A stretch of 64,000 bases of DNA from contig OZ316892.1 of assembly GCA_973895155.1 (NCBI GenBank), positions 30,743,702-30,807,701 on the forward strand, written 5' to 3'. This DNA is from Marsupella aquatica (Eukaryota > Plantae > Marchantiophyta). The notes beneath the pieces were generated by a model. That model did no database searches and had not been told where the DNA came from. It saw only the letters and a program-made list of their open reading frames with translations. Below, piece after piece: positions 45,941 through 57,533 of the stretch (the first letter of the stretch is position 1; each line of letters begins with the position of its first letter). The position numbers and the translations under genes were made by a program.

Positions 45941-48900
45941 CACTAGTAGAAATCGAGGGGTATTTAGACCCCATTAAACGACTATTCAGTTCCATATAGG
46001 ACTTGGAAATGACTGGGAAGGACTCCAGTCCTTTATAGGACTGCGAGTCGTATGTTTTGTTACTATAATCAACTGAGTCCTTTATAGAACTGGTTTATAA
46101 GTTGTTTAATAGACTGGATTTTCAGTCTATTGTAGTCTTTGTAGGGGTAGCTTTGGTGAGTCATTTTCAGTCTTTTATGGGCTGCGATGGTGAGTTGTTG
46201 GGAACGACTAAAAAGGTTATGGAGGGTAGTCTTTAAATATACTTTGTGGGTTCATAAAACGACTAAAGTAGACACTTTGTGGGGTATGTATAAGTCTTTC
46301 ATGTCAACTGGAAATGAGTGATGAAGACCCCACTATACTACTTGGAATGAACTCACTCTATAAGCTCACCATTCACCATGTTAACATTAGAACACATAGG
46401 GTTTCAGAAAGCCATCTTCTATACCATGTACACTAATATGAATTCACAGATTCAAACATCATAGACTACAAAGAAGGTCACAAAGCATTCGTCTATACCA
46501 TACACACTAGTACTGAAATGATACAAAACATATTCAAGTATCATAGACAATCACCATAGAGCCATAGTTTGACATCAATTATTTGTTTCATACATACAGA
46601 ATTCAGAAATATACATGTCACACACAACGGCTCCTTCATCCTCTTTACCAAATGGAAAAATTGGTACAGATATTTCTTGGATCTTTTCAAGGCAATGTCA
46701 AAATGTAACAATTCACATGATTCTATCTACACTTGCATTCAGTCACTACAGACTAACACACTCTGATGGCCAGAGCACAAGAGATCCTACTGCATCTACA
46801 ATTATTTCCTGAGGTGGATCATTGTCTCTATTCGGAAATGGCAAATTATAATCAGATACAATCACTGTAGTTAGCAACACTACTACATGGTCATCCGGGA
46901 CCACTTTGCCATAGAATTTAGCATGATCCAGTCGCAAAATGCCTGTACCCACACATACATGCAAGTCATCCTCCCATGATAGAAGATTATGGACTGGCTC
47001 TACAGTGGCTATCACCTACACCTTACCCTGGCTGTTTTTCTTGGCTTTCCTAGGTGACTTATACATGACATTATTCATACCTTGGTTGCGAGTCATGACT
47101 TTGGCACGAGTGTTTTGTGCTAGTGATCGAGAATTGGCTACACTCTTCTTCAAAGAATCTGCATCCATATTTGACACTTCCAATTGTGTAGCAGGATTTC
47201 CCTGCGAAATCATCTCAGTATCTGCCAACATTGTACTTGCTTCAATTGAAGCATCTACAATCTTACTTGCATCCAATGTTGCTCCCAAGTTTCAACGTCG
47301 CTTCACCCTGCTCCCACTTGGTTGAGAGTTTGTCAACTTTGCATCAACTACAATTCAGTGCCATGTCCAACATAAGTCAAACACTCATCACATGTGCTAA
47401 ATGTACATGTCACCAACCACAAAGTTGTCACTATCTCCTTACCATTATGAACAACCTTCTTCCCCTTCTTTGTCGTTGCCATATCCTCCATGTCTGCTTC
47501 TGCTGATCAATAAACACACCACAATATTCACGATGAATCTATTAACCACTGAATTGTTGCTCAACATTCATATAGAGGAATTTAAAGCATCAGCTTACCT
47601 GATACCTCCTTGGCTATGGTCACTGAGGCACTGGGCACATCTTCTTCATTATTGCTCTTTGAATCACCTGATACATCAATCATGATGTCACTTCAGATCC
47701 CAGTTCATCCAACCAGTTCTTACAGAAAAGATTACCTCCAACCGGCTTAAGCTTCACAAAACTCCAGGCACTTTTCAAATGTAATGTACTGGATCATAGC
47801 AGGTTACCTGTCTCAGCAACCTTCTTGCCCTTCTGCTTACTGATTACAGGGTCCTTCTCTGCCTCCACTCTTCCTGCATTCAAACCATTCACTCAATTCA
47901 TGAAAACTTACTTCTAACATTTGAACATAGGACACAATGAACAATGGGCCGGTGTCATACCTGTGTCAGATTTTCCAATTCCCTTTTTTGTTAACAACGG
48001 CACACTTTGTACAATGTTGCCCTCATTGTTTGGTTGGGAACCACCCAATTTTTCAATCACAAGCTTGAAATTAGATTCCATTGATGTAAGAAGGTTCACT
48101 ACAGATGCCTCCACAATATCCAAACGATCAGCCAATTTATCTTCCACTCAAGGGAGTCCACACTCTAATGACTTCAACCGTTCACACATCTCTATGAGAG
48201 TTGTAACAGTTCCCTGTCATAACACAGCTTACATATCTCAGATAACTGTCCCCAAGCACTAGTTGCTTACTTCCTACTACATTTCTTTCTTATGCTCAAG
48301 GCCAAATAGTCACAGAACATACACAGTTACAACATAATCACCTGTTTGGAAGTCACACTTGTCACCTCACTCCTTTGTTTCATGAACTCCTCTCTCACTT
48401 CTTGTGCTGATGGTTCTTCACCTGTCAATTTCTTCTGCAATCCACATAAATATGAATGAAACCAAGTGTTGATTGTCAATGAAAATGTAATAATGGTAGC
48501 AAGATGATAAGTTTGAGGCTTACTATCAGGCATGTCACTGCCTTACCAATTGTTCTGACTTTCACTGGAGCATAACTTCCTCTCCTAGCCTATGAAAGGT
48601 GTTTCACTTTGCCTCGAGCATTTGACATCAATTCACTCTTGCTCTGCCCAGCCTCCGACATGAACCCTTTGATTAACCGTGTCCATTGATCCAATTCCAA
48701 TGATGGGGGTGGTGGCATTCTCCTGTTAGAACCATTGTCTATCCACATCCTTTTCAACATATGACTCTCTTGTTTCAAAATCCTCATTGCATAATCTGAT
48801 ATGCAATCTTCAACTGGGCCCTTACCATCATTACCAACATAGTCCCACCGTTCAAGAATGTCCTTGCAGATAGCAGCCCAATCAGCTTTGTTCTGACTCC

Positions 48901-49140
48901 TAAACTCTGTAATGCTCAAATCTAACCAACGCAATACTTCCCCTCTTAGGTCAGAATGCCAACGGTTCTTACCATCACATGTGGGAGTTATCCAACCATC
49001 GGAATTCACTTCTACTTTACCAAATTTGTTACTGTCTCCTGCCTTGGTACTCCCTGAAGCGCTACTAGGTGTCCCTCCACGGCCTGGTATCCCCCCACGG
49101 CCTGGGGTCCCTCCACGGCCTGATCTCCCCCCATGGCCTG
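45941..49140 (-). mobile_element. CACTA (En/Spm) transposon end with a multi-exon TnpA/Ptta-like ORF2 remnant, interrupted at 49141 by an LTR
   Basis: Terminus CACTAGTAGAAA at 45941, GACT/AGTC-rich subterminal repeats to about 46340, and ORF 48590-49009 (PPPPSLELDQWTRLIKGFMSEAGQSKSELMSNAR) of Ptta/En/Spm type. Confidence 0.75.
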
Positions 49141-49255
49141 TGTGATGCCTAGCCAGGAATCACTCGGCCAGTTAAGTGGGTAAAGCAGGAATGCACCCTG
49201 GAAACACCTTAGTATAGGGATAAAACAAGGAAAATATAAACAATTAGGGGCGACT

Positions 49256-52200
49256 ATGGAACCCGGGCCGAGGCCGGAGGTAAGGACGCTGGGGGTGAAA
49301 ACTCGATTAGGGTTAGGGCGCGCTAAGCGTCGGCAGCTAGGAAGGATCAACGGGAGGAAGGACCGGAAGAGGAGAGGGGTAAGGAGCGCTTGCAGGAGAT
49401 GGTGGCTCATTTGCGAGCACGAACTAGGCAGACGACTACGGGAGGCCAACTACTGTCAGCTGCTTAGGCAAGCACTCGGGGAGAGAGTAGATACCAATGA
49501 TTGACCTAAGGAGGGTATGAGCAACGTCAATCAAGCGGCACATTTTTGGGGATGCCTGTTCGAACGGGCAACTGAGTACATCAAGACTTACGAGGATGAA
49601 GAATCAGAAAGGGCAGCTAGAGAACGACAGGAGCTCGCTCGATTGTGGGAGCTGCAGAAAATGGCTTTCTTAGGAGGCGAACTCATCAAGGCCGAGTTCT
49701 TGTGGACACCTACTTCCAATCAGCTCGACGATCTTCTGTTTTGCGAAGACAGAATCATCGGCATTCGAGAGGCCATCAAGAACTGCAACGACATACATTG
49801 GGAATTGAAGGGTAGCACGGAAAGGTGGACCCAGGCAACGGTGCTAGGAGAAACCTCCACGGCAGCCGAGATGAAGAGGAAGGGAGCCGTCAACGATGAA
49901 GCCACCCCGACAAAAAGAACGAGGTCGGCGGCACCAAAGAAACCAGCCGAACAGCAGAGCAGGAGGCAGAGCGAAGCCTAGGAGGAGGAGGTCGACCCCA
50001 TCAACGTCATTCCAACCAGGGATGACACCTGGAAGGGCTGGGCGGCAACTCTACCAGTGGAGGTGCAACTACATTTTGCACGGGAGGAGGATGCATGCTT
50101 TATGGCCATGCAGACCAAGAAGTACCAAGGCTTCATGGCCGGATCCGGCTTGGAAGCCTTTGTAAGATTACCATGGCTGAAGCCGGAGGTGCCGGATTCA
50201 GACCTATTAGAATTCGTGGGGTCATGGGAACCCGAGACCAATTGCACAAGGATATATGGGAAGGATTTCTATCTTACTCCCAAGGTAATTGCCGAAGTGT
50301 TTGGCTTGCCGATAGGCAATAAGACCAAGGTTGATACCAGGAAGACCTTGCCTGACAAAGAGTTCTGGTCGTTCCCCGGACCATCAACGAAGAATGGCTT
50401 CTTCCGGAACACCTGTACCAACCTGCACATAGGAGAGATGATCGACTTCTTGTGGGTAACCATGCATTGTAACTTGCCAAGGGCAGAGATCGGCAAGGCA
50501 CAGGTCTATCTGGCAGAGAGACCAGACCCAAGCCGGGACTACAACGGGTACCTCCTCAACCAATTGAAGAAGATCTTAAAGGAGGAGCAGCAGGTAATCG
50601 GCATGGGGAGCGTGTCGCGGCTTGGCTATCACATGCCGCTGTTGTGCCAGTATGCCAGAGGTCAGACCTTTGCCCCGGTACTTCCCCTACAGGCAAGGGC
50701 ACCAGTTCCGGAACATAGGCAGGCAACGGAGAAACCCAAACCGCCCGACAGTCCTACAATCGACCAGGTGTTTAGACCAAGAATGAAGGACTTGCCGATG
50801 CAGCAACCAAGCATGCAGAATCTGCTGGAGAAAGAAAAGAGATCAGCATCGGCAAGGACAACGGCAGCGGCAACAATGCACGACACTGTTCCAGAGGTAG
50901 GCCTAAACCGGCTTACAAGGGAGAACCCCTTTACTGGAGTCAAGGAGAGAAGGAGGCCGGAACACAAGCTGGGAGTCCGGATGTATGTAGGAGCCTCTAG
51001 TCCCGAAGCCGAGGAGAAGCAGGCCGTAACTCTCGGCCACGGCAAGGAGAAAAGGAGATCAACACGGAGACCGGAGGAGGAACCAAGACCGGCAGGAGGT
51101 GAAGCCGTGTTCACGCCAAAACCAGGAGACGAGCGGGAGAAGCTGGTAGTCCAAGCCGAGGAGGAGGCGGTGGAGGACTACAGCAATGATAACTCCGGCT
51201 ACGGGTCGGATCATCATGTTCCAGGAGTAAGGACCTGTGGTCGCTTCATCCCCACGCTCCCAAGAGTAGTCCGAGGGGACTCGAGCCAGCAGAGCAGCCC
51301 CGAGTCTCCCCCGCCAGATGTCGCTCCCCCAAGCTTTGACGGCATAAAACAGACGGTGCAAGAATTTCAGGAGCGAATCAGGGAGGAAGAGGAGGCAGCC
51401 CTGGCTAGAGAGAAGGATTTACCAGGAGGGGAATGGCCAGAGAACATCAGGCGGCTAGCCAAAAAAGGAAGCAAACCTCTAGCCACGATTGAAGAGATCC
51501 GCAAGACGGCTTGGGAGCAGAGGCCGCGATGGGGGATGCCGATCACTTCTACCTACTCCACCTACGCTAAGAATAGAGCAATGGAGTATGGTGAGATGTG
51601 TGGGGAACTTGCGCTCGGCATCTTTGGGGAGGAGTTGGAGGTAGGACCCTTTTTCCATAGGGAGCAGTTGGAGAAGCACCAATTAGATGAAGCGGTGACT
51701 TTAGAGAGAAGCAAGAAGGACGAGGTCATTCGGCGGCTTAGGAGCATGGAAGCCGAGATTGAAGAACTAAGGGCGGCCAAGAAAGCCCAAGATGAACTGC
51801 GGATTAAGCGGCATGAGCTGAACATCATGCAGGGGCAGTTGGACACAGCGCAGGCTGATGGTCAGATTATCAAGGATAAACTAACTCAGACCCAGGGAGA
51901 ATTGGCCGACGCAATCAAGGACAGGAAGAAATGGAAGAAGGAGCTGAGAGATGCAGAGGAGGCCCATATAGCAGTCAACAACCGGGTCATGGCGGAGACC
52001 CAAAGAAAGGAATGGGCGTTGAAGGGGGAGCTCGAGAAAATCCGCAGAGCCCTGGAGCAGAAGGAGGCCGAGTTAGGGAAATCCTATCAAGGGATTATCG
52101 CGCTACAGTAGGAGCTTGCGTCCCTGACGGCCAGCTTCAAGGCCGACCTAAGGGAGAAGGACGATATGCTCGATCAGACTTATGCCAAGATGAATAAAAT

Positions 52201-52578
52201 GGAGTCTGAGATCGTGACGGAGCTCGACAAGGAGCTTAGAGCAACCCAGGAGGAGAGGGCTACCTTGAAGAAGGAATTGGAGGAAGCCCACAGGGAGCAG
52301 GAGGAGACCAAAAACGAGCTGGAGGGGGCACGTAAGGACCTGGATGAGACCCAGGAGGAGTTGGAGGAAATCACGAGGAAGATGGAGAACCTACAGCGGC
52401 GGGCCAACAACCAAATAGAGCGGCTGAAGAAACAAGCCGCAATATTTAAATGCTTAGCTGCAGCAGGTCCATCTCCCGTTGGGGCGAACCAGTTACCAGG
52501 GGTGGTAATTGCCGAAGGACAAGCCGCGCCACCTGCACCAGTGCCGGAAGTAAGTGGGAAGGGGAAGGGACCAGCTGC
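49256..52578 (+). pseudogene. LTR-encoded PMD-like/coiled-coil protein, copy 1 (three in-frame stops; continues at 61278-61626)
   Basis: ORFs 49256-49504, 49517-49981, 50057-52111, 52166- and 61288-61626 are colinear with the 1220-aa ORF at 57534-61196. Confidence 0.9.
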
Positions 52579-54246
52579 TGTGGTGCGTCCCATGGCTCCC
52601 TAAACCCAAGCAACCCCCCAGCTCAAGCCGATTCCCGCGGGTTTCACGCTTGGCGAGGCCGTTTCCGCGGCTTAGCGGCATGGGACGCTGCTAACCTTCT
52701 ACTACTACTATTAACATTTTACACACATATACTGGACAGATCCTTCATCGGGTCATGAGATACGTAGCCGGCCTAATATAGGCCTTCCCCTGTCTTCCCC
52801 TGTCTTCCCCTCCGTCTTGTTAGGTATGTTTGGATTCCGCCGCCGGAATGATCCCCAATAGGCTTGGTTAAGCCGCTAAGACCTCTCTCAGCTCGACACA
52901 TCCAACTCTCACTCCCCTGCTTACTTTCCTTCCTTCTGTTGATGTGGGCACTCTTCACACAAGTTAATGCGACACACAAATAGCAAAATGACTCATTCTG
53001 ACTGAGTCATACCATGCACTTGCCATACAAACAGTACATCTCATACACAAGTTCTGCGAACTAAGCCGTGAGGCCAACTCTATTCAGCTCTTAGGCATGA
53101 GGAAACATGAATATACACAAGGGTCACTGTATGACTGTCACTTGCCTCTCCAACGGTTAATACGTGCAAACCGCACTTTTCTTCGCTTAAACCGTTGGTA
53201 TCGTATTACGGGGTCGTGGAGGGACGCTATTTGGATTCTTTTCACACCAGGATGAGTATTTTGGTTTCCGCTCCCGGAAATGTAGGTTTTGATCAAGTCT
53301 ACCGACTACCCTCACCCCACAGCTTTTGATCAAGTCCTGCCGACTACCCCACTACACCTTCACTCGGAGTCACCCAAAGAGTGCTGTCACCACCCCTACT
53401 CACAAGGCCGACTCAAACCAAGCAAGTTTCTTCAAATCATAGAACGGGAGAACACAATTCGGAAAGCGAAAAAGGGAGAAGGAACACACAACAAAAGCCC
53501 ATCAAGTCAAATGTACAGATCCATATCTCTTGGGAAAAACGATACACATTGCATGAGTAACCCGGCCTCCTGCCGTCTACTCAACTCCTGCCTCTCCGGA
53601 CAATGAGTATGGCTCCCCCTCACTACTCTGAACACGCTTTCAAACTCCTCAGGCTCCACTCTATCCCTCCTTGCTAACTTCACACTGAGTCCCCCTAACT
53701 ACTTCGGGGCTATCCCCCTAAATACTGAAAAATCACACCAAAGCACCCCTCACAGGGTCACAACGGTGGCGGCTACCCTAGCGGCGCCGCTAAAACCTTG
53801 CACTAAGAGAAATCCTTAAACTGAAGAGGAGCATGCGGCACACACATGCTGCTAAAACCCTAAACCCAAAACAAGGGGGCCGACGGTGCCTTCGACGGCG
53901 CCCCAACAGTACACGTGAACCCTGAAAGTGAGAGGCACCCCAAAATGGCCGAAACTAGGTGCCCTTCCAAGTGCACACCTGAGCTCACCCCTGGATAGCT
54001 CTTCTTTTCCTGCTTCCGAATCACTAAGTCGCTCCCTCAACGGACTTCAGACGCCTGAGTTATGGCCGTTTCCGTACCGCAAAAACATAAGTTCTCCAGG
54101 CCATAACTTGCTCATCCTGGCTCCGTTTGAGGAGCGCCGCCTCTTGTTGGAATCAGCTCCGCGAGCTCATCCCAACAAGCCCATGAGTGACCCCCCACTA
54201 AAATGTTGGAAATCTGGAGGCCGTACACCCACGTCCGTACGCCTAT

Positions 54247-56103
54247 CTAATCCTCCTCTTCTTCTTCGCTCTCGGTGCCCGGACTTGTGCCCCGTGAGTG
54301 GTCCTCCTCCTCATCACTCACGGGAGTGAGTGCCACCGTACTTTTCTTCTTCTTCGACGGAGTACTCTTAGTGCTGCTGCTCCCGCGCTTCCTCAAAGCA
54401 GCCAAGGCCTGCCACGCCTTGATGTACCCCTCACCAATTGTGTCCTTCCAGAGGGTAGCCTCTTCTCCGGACCGCAACTCCAACGGTAGAACTTGCCCCG
54501 TGGCCATGGGAGTCCCGGGGGTGACAGACCTGGGTGGCATCCCCGTACTGACCTGAGCCTCCCGTAACGATTTCCGTACCTCCCGGAGCTTCTTCTCCAA
54601 GCTCTTACTCTTCTCCTGACTCTTCTTGGCTCCATCCAACAAGGGTCCATACTTCCCACTAACCTCCTTCACCACCATCTCGATAGCTTGGGAGATCACA
54701 TCCGGGGAAAGTGTGGAGCCAGGTGTGCCGGGACTCTTCCGTTTCCCTAGACTCAGGGCCTCACTTCTCTTCGCTCGTGTCTCAAAGGCTGCCACCTGAC
54801 TCCGTAGTGCTCCCACCTGGTTCCTCCACTCCATCACTTCTCCAGAATTTTGCTTCTCTTTGGCCAATGCTTGCCTCAACGCTCCTACTTCTTCTGCTTC
54901 CTTGGCCTTGGTGGACAAAGCTCCCTTCAAGTTGGTGATCTCTACGTGAGCTGCATTGATGTGCCTGACCTTCTCATGAATGGTCTGCTCCTTGGTCTTG
55001 ATCACCTCCTTCAGTGACAGGATGCTCTGCTCTAACGTCTCTACTTTGACTGTGGCGTGCTTGAGAGACTCCCTCAATGCGTGGACTAGCTTGAGTCCCT
55101 CGTGGACTCCCTCTCTGAAATCCCGTAGCTCTGCCAAGTAAACATCCGGAATGTTGTATTCCAGAGGCTGTTTCGGATCTCCCACGAGTGATTCAAGCCA
55201 CTCCAATGTGCAATCATCCTCCTGGTTCTCTTCTTCTCTATTATCCTCCCCACCAGCAGACAATGATTCCTCCGTGAGCTTCCCTAAAACGGTAGTGGCA
55301 ATACTCCGGATCTCCGTGGTGAGAGATGATCCCGTGTCTTCATGCCCCGGAGAACCAATCAACCCTTCTGCCCTGGCCAATACAAATGACCCCATCAAAT
55401 GTACAGCCCCACCTGGTTTCACACTCCCGGGCTCAGCGGCCAATAGCTTCTTCAATCCGTAGCACCACCATCCGTACACATGGGCTGGGTAGTTCTTGAT
55501 GTCCATAGCTACCACGAAATGCTCCTCATTCAGCACTCCGGATTGCACGTTGCCAAGAACCCGTTGATGCACCTTGGCCAGGAAGCCCTTATACTCAACA
55601 TCCTTGACAGCAGAAAGAGGGATGGCGGTGGTGGAGGTAGGATTGGTCACCCAAGTGGCCACCATTTTCAACGTGAGTTCTCCCCTGATATTCCGAGGTG
55701 TGAATGAGAATTTCTGATTCTCAAGAAACAATAGCTTAGCCAACTCCACATGGGGCACTACACGTTTGAGACATTCAAAGTAGATTCCCTCCGTTCGGAA
55801 CTCCATCCCGGCCTCAATGTCCCAGCTCTTCCCTGAAGGGATGGTAATCTCCACCTTCATGAATTCTGTAAGCCCGGTGGCTTGGAAAATGTTCCGACAA
55901 TCCTCCATCACCTTGGTGGAGGTCTTGGGATAAATTCGACGAAAAATCTTCCTACCCACCGGTGAGGAACCCGCTGCCAATCCCGTGCTCATCATAACTT
56001 CTCTCTCTTCCCTTTCCCGTGTAATCCGAGTCTCCACGTAGTCACGGTAAGCAGCCTTGTATCTCCGAATGCGTGACGCACTAAACTCTGGTTGATCTAG
56101 CAT
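54247..56103 (-). CDS. Intact LTR-encoded protein: globular, possibly PMD-like N-terminus, coiled coil and basic/acidic tail
   Basis: 618 codons, ATG-initiated and uninterrupted; IFQATGLTEFMKV resembles FMAGSGLEAFVRL of the 1220-aa protein; heptad-rich LKHATVKVETLEQSIL...; NLS-like SKKKK. Confidence 0.8.
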   Translation of the reverse strand: MLDQPEFSASRIRRYKAAYRDYVETRITREREEREVMMSTGLAAGSSPVGRKIFRRIYPKTSTKVMEDCRNIFQATGLTEFMKVEITIPSGKSWDIEAGMEFRTEGIYFECLKRVVPHVELAKLLFLENQKFSFTPRNIRGELTLKMVATWVTNPTSTTAIPLSAVKDVEYKGFLAKVHQRVLGNVQSGVLNEEHFVVAMDIKNYPAHVYGWWCYGLKKLLAAEPGSVKPGGAVHLMGSFVLARAEGLIGSPGHEDTGSSLTTEIRSIATTVLGKLTEESLSAGGEDNREEENQEDDCTLEWLESLVGDPKQPLEYNIPDVYLAELRDFREGVHEGLKLVHALRESLKHATVKVETLEQSILSLKEVIKTKEQTIHEKVRHINAAHVEITNLKGALSTKAKEAEEVGALRQALAKEKQNSGEVMEWRNQVGALRSQVAAFETRAKRSEALSLGKRKSPGTPGSTLSPDVISQAIEMVVKEVSGKYGPLLDGAKKSQEKSKSLEKKLREVRKSLREAQVSTGMPPRSVTPGTPMATGQVLPLELRSGEEATLWKDTIGEGYIKAWQALAALRKRGSSSTKSTPSKKKKSTVALTPVSDEEEDHSRGTSPGTESEEEEED

Positions 56104-56529
56104 CCATGCATCCCGAAATCAATTTCTCAATCACCAATCCCGTCACCCGTGGCAATGTCAATTCCCTGGCCCGAAACAGCCCCCGTAGCCCGATCACTTA
56201 AATTCTCTCAATTTCCCGTCACTACTCCGTGCGGCCGCCACTAATGCCTGGAAGAATGACGCCAGCAAGCCCCACTAATCCACCATGAAAGAGAGAGCTT
56301 CAAAAATAATTAGAATCTGGAGAGAGCTTCCGGCAAGAGAGAGAAGAACCCCGTTTTTGCTTTCGGCAATGAGAGGGTCGTGCAAAAGGAAGAGGGAAAG
56401 AAAAAGGAAGGAAAAAAAAATAGAACCGAAAAAACTCCTGGCGCCTTCGCCATGCGCCCCGGCCCATTTCTCGGGCCTTACCCTTGCGTCCTCCTGCGCG
56501 CGGCCCTCTGCAGGGCGCGCGGCCATTCC

Positions 56530-56805
56530 TCCCGGCTCGCGGGAGGCCCTTCAACTCCCCCCCGCTCGCGTGATCCTCCCAGCTCGCGGGAGGCCCTTTA
56601 ACTCCCCCCCGCTCGCGTGATCCTCCCAGCTCGCGGGAGGCCCTTTAACTCCCCCCCCCCGCTCGCTTGCGCTCCTTCAGCTCGCGGAGCCTCATTAATT
56701 GCCCGGGCACGCAGCCCTATGGGCTCGCGAGGCAGCCCCTTCAGCTCGCGGAGCCCCATTAATCGCCCGGGCACGCAGCCCTATGGGCTCGCGAGGCAGC
56801 CCCTC
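56530..56805. repeat. GC-rich tandem repeats (about 47-bp and 64-bp units) built on GCTCGCG
   Basis: GCTCGCGGGAGGCCCTTYAACTCCCCCCCGCTCGCGTGATCCTCCCA about 2.6 times, then CAGCTCGCGGAGCC...GGGCTCGCGAGGCAGCCCCT twice. Confidence 0.85.
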
Positions 56806-57533
56806 TTTCTCTCGGACGGCCACTAATGGGACTCGCCCTCCTGAGGAGGGATTTATTTAAAAAAACCCCCCCCTCTCCTGACTTTGCAATGGGGGTCTCA
56901 ACAATAGCTCTTGAAGCAAAACGGTAAGTCCTATGGGGCTGGTCCTGGCTAGTTTCAAGGTCCCAAAATATTTGCCCACTTAGGTCGCCGCAAATCTTAG
57001 AACTATTATGAGAGAAAGAATATAAAGTCACCTGGGGCATCATCAACCTATAATGACGGAATTAACTAAAAATTAAAAAATGGCTTATTTACATTGACTA
57101 TTAACAAGGTATCGGCCTTTGCAACCAGTTATGTGTGACTTCCCGTGACGGGGTACCCGTCACAATGACTAACCGAGAGCTTCTCGTACTACTTGATCCC
57201 AGCCCGGCTGGTGCAAACTAAAAACTTGCTAAAGAAGAGGCCCTGAGCTCCCCGCTGCCCAGGTACTTATCCTGGTAGTGGATCCGCCATTCTTTGCATC
57301 GTAAGCCTAATCTACTTAACAGTAATCTACTTGCCCGAATCTACCTATGTACAGCAAGGCAGGAGCACAAGTGTTGCTCCTACCAGTGGGACCGCAATCC
57401 CACTAAGCTAAGTGTCAGGGCCGCTCCTGGTTCTGATCCTAATCCTAAACGTGGAGATCCGTGCCCGCCCTGCCCACTCACGCCTCCTCCCTCCACGTCC
57501 GCCCTCCCTAAAAGGAACGGCGCCCTTGCACCG

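Larger units (their letters stand above)
53136..57164 (-). mobile_element. Solo LTR of a different family (4029 bp) containing a 618-aa ORF
   Basis: TGTCAC...GTCACA termini and TSD ATGAC (53131-53135, 57165-57169); the host LTR sequence rejoins across it (compare 61985-62030). Orientation is inferred from base composition. Confidence 0.88.
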
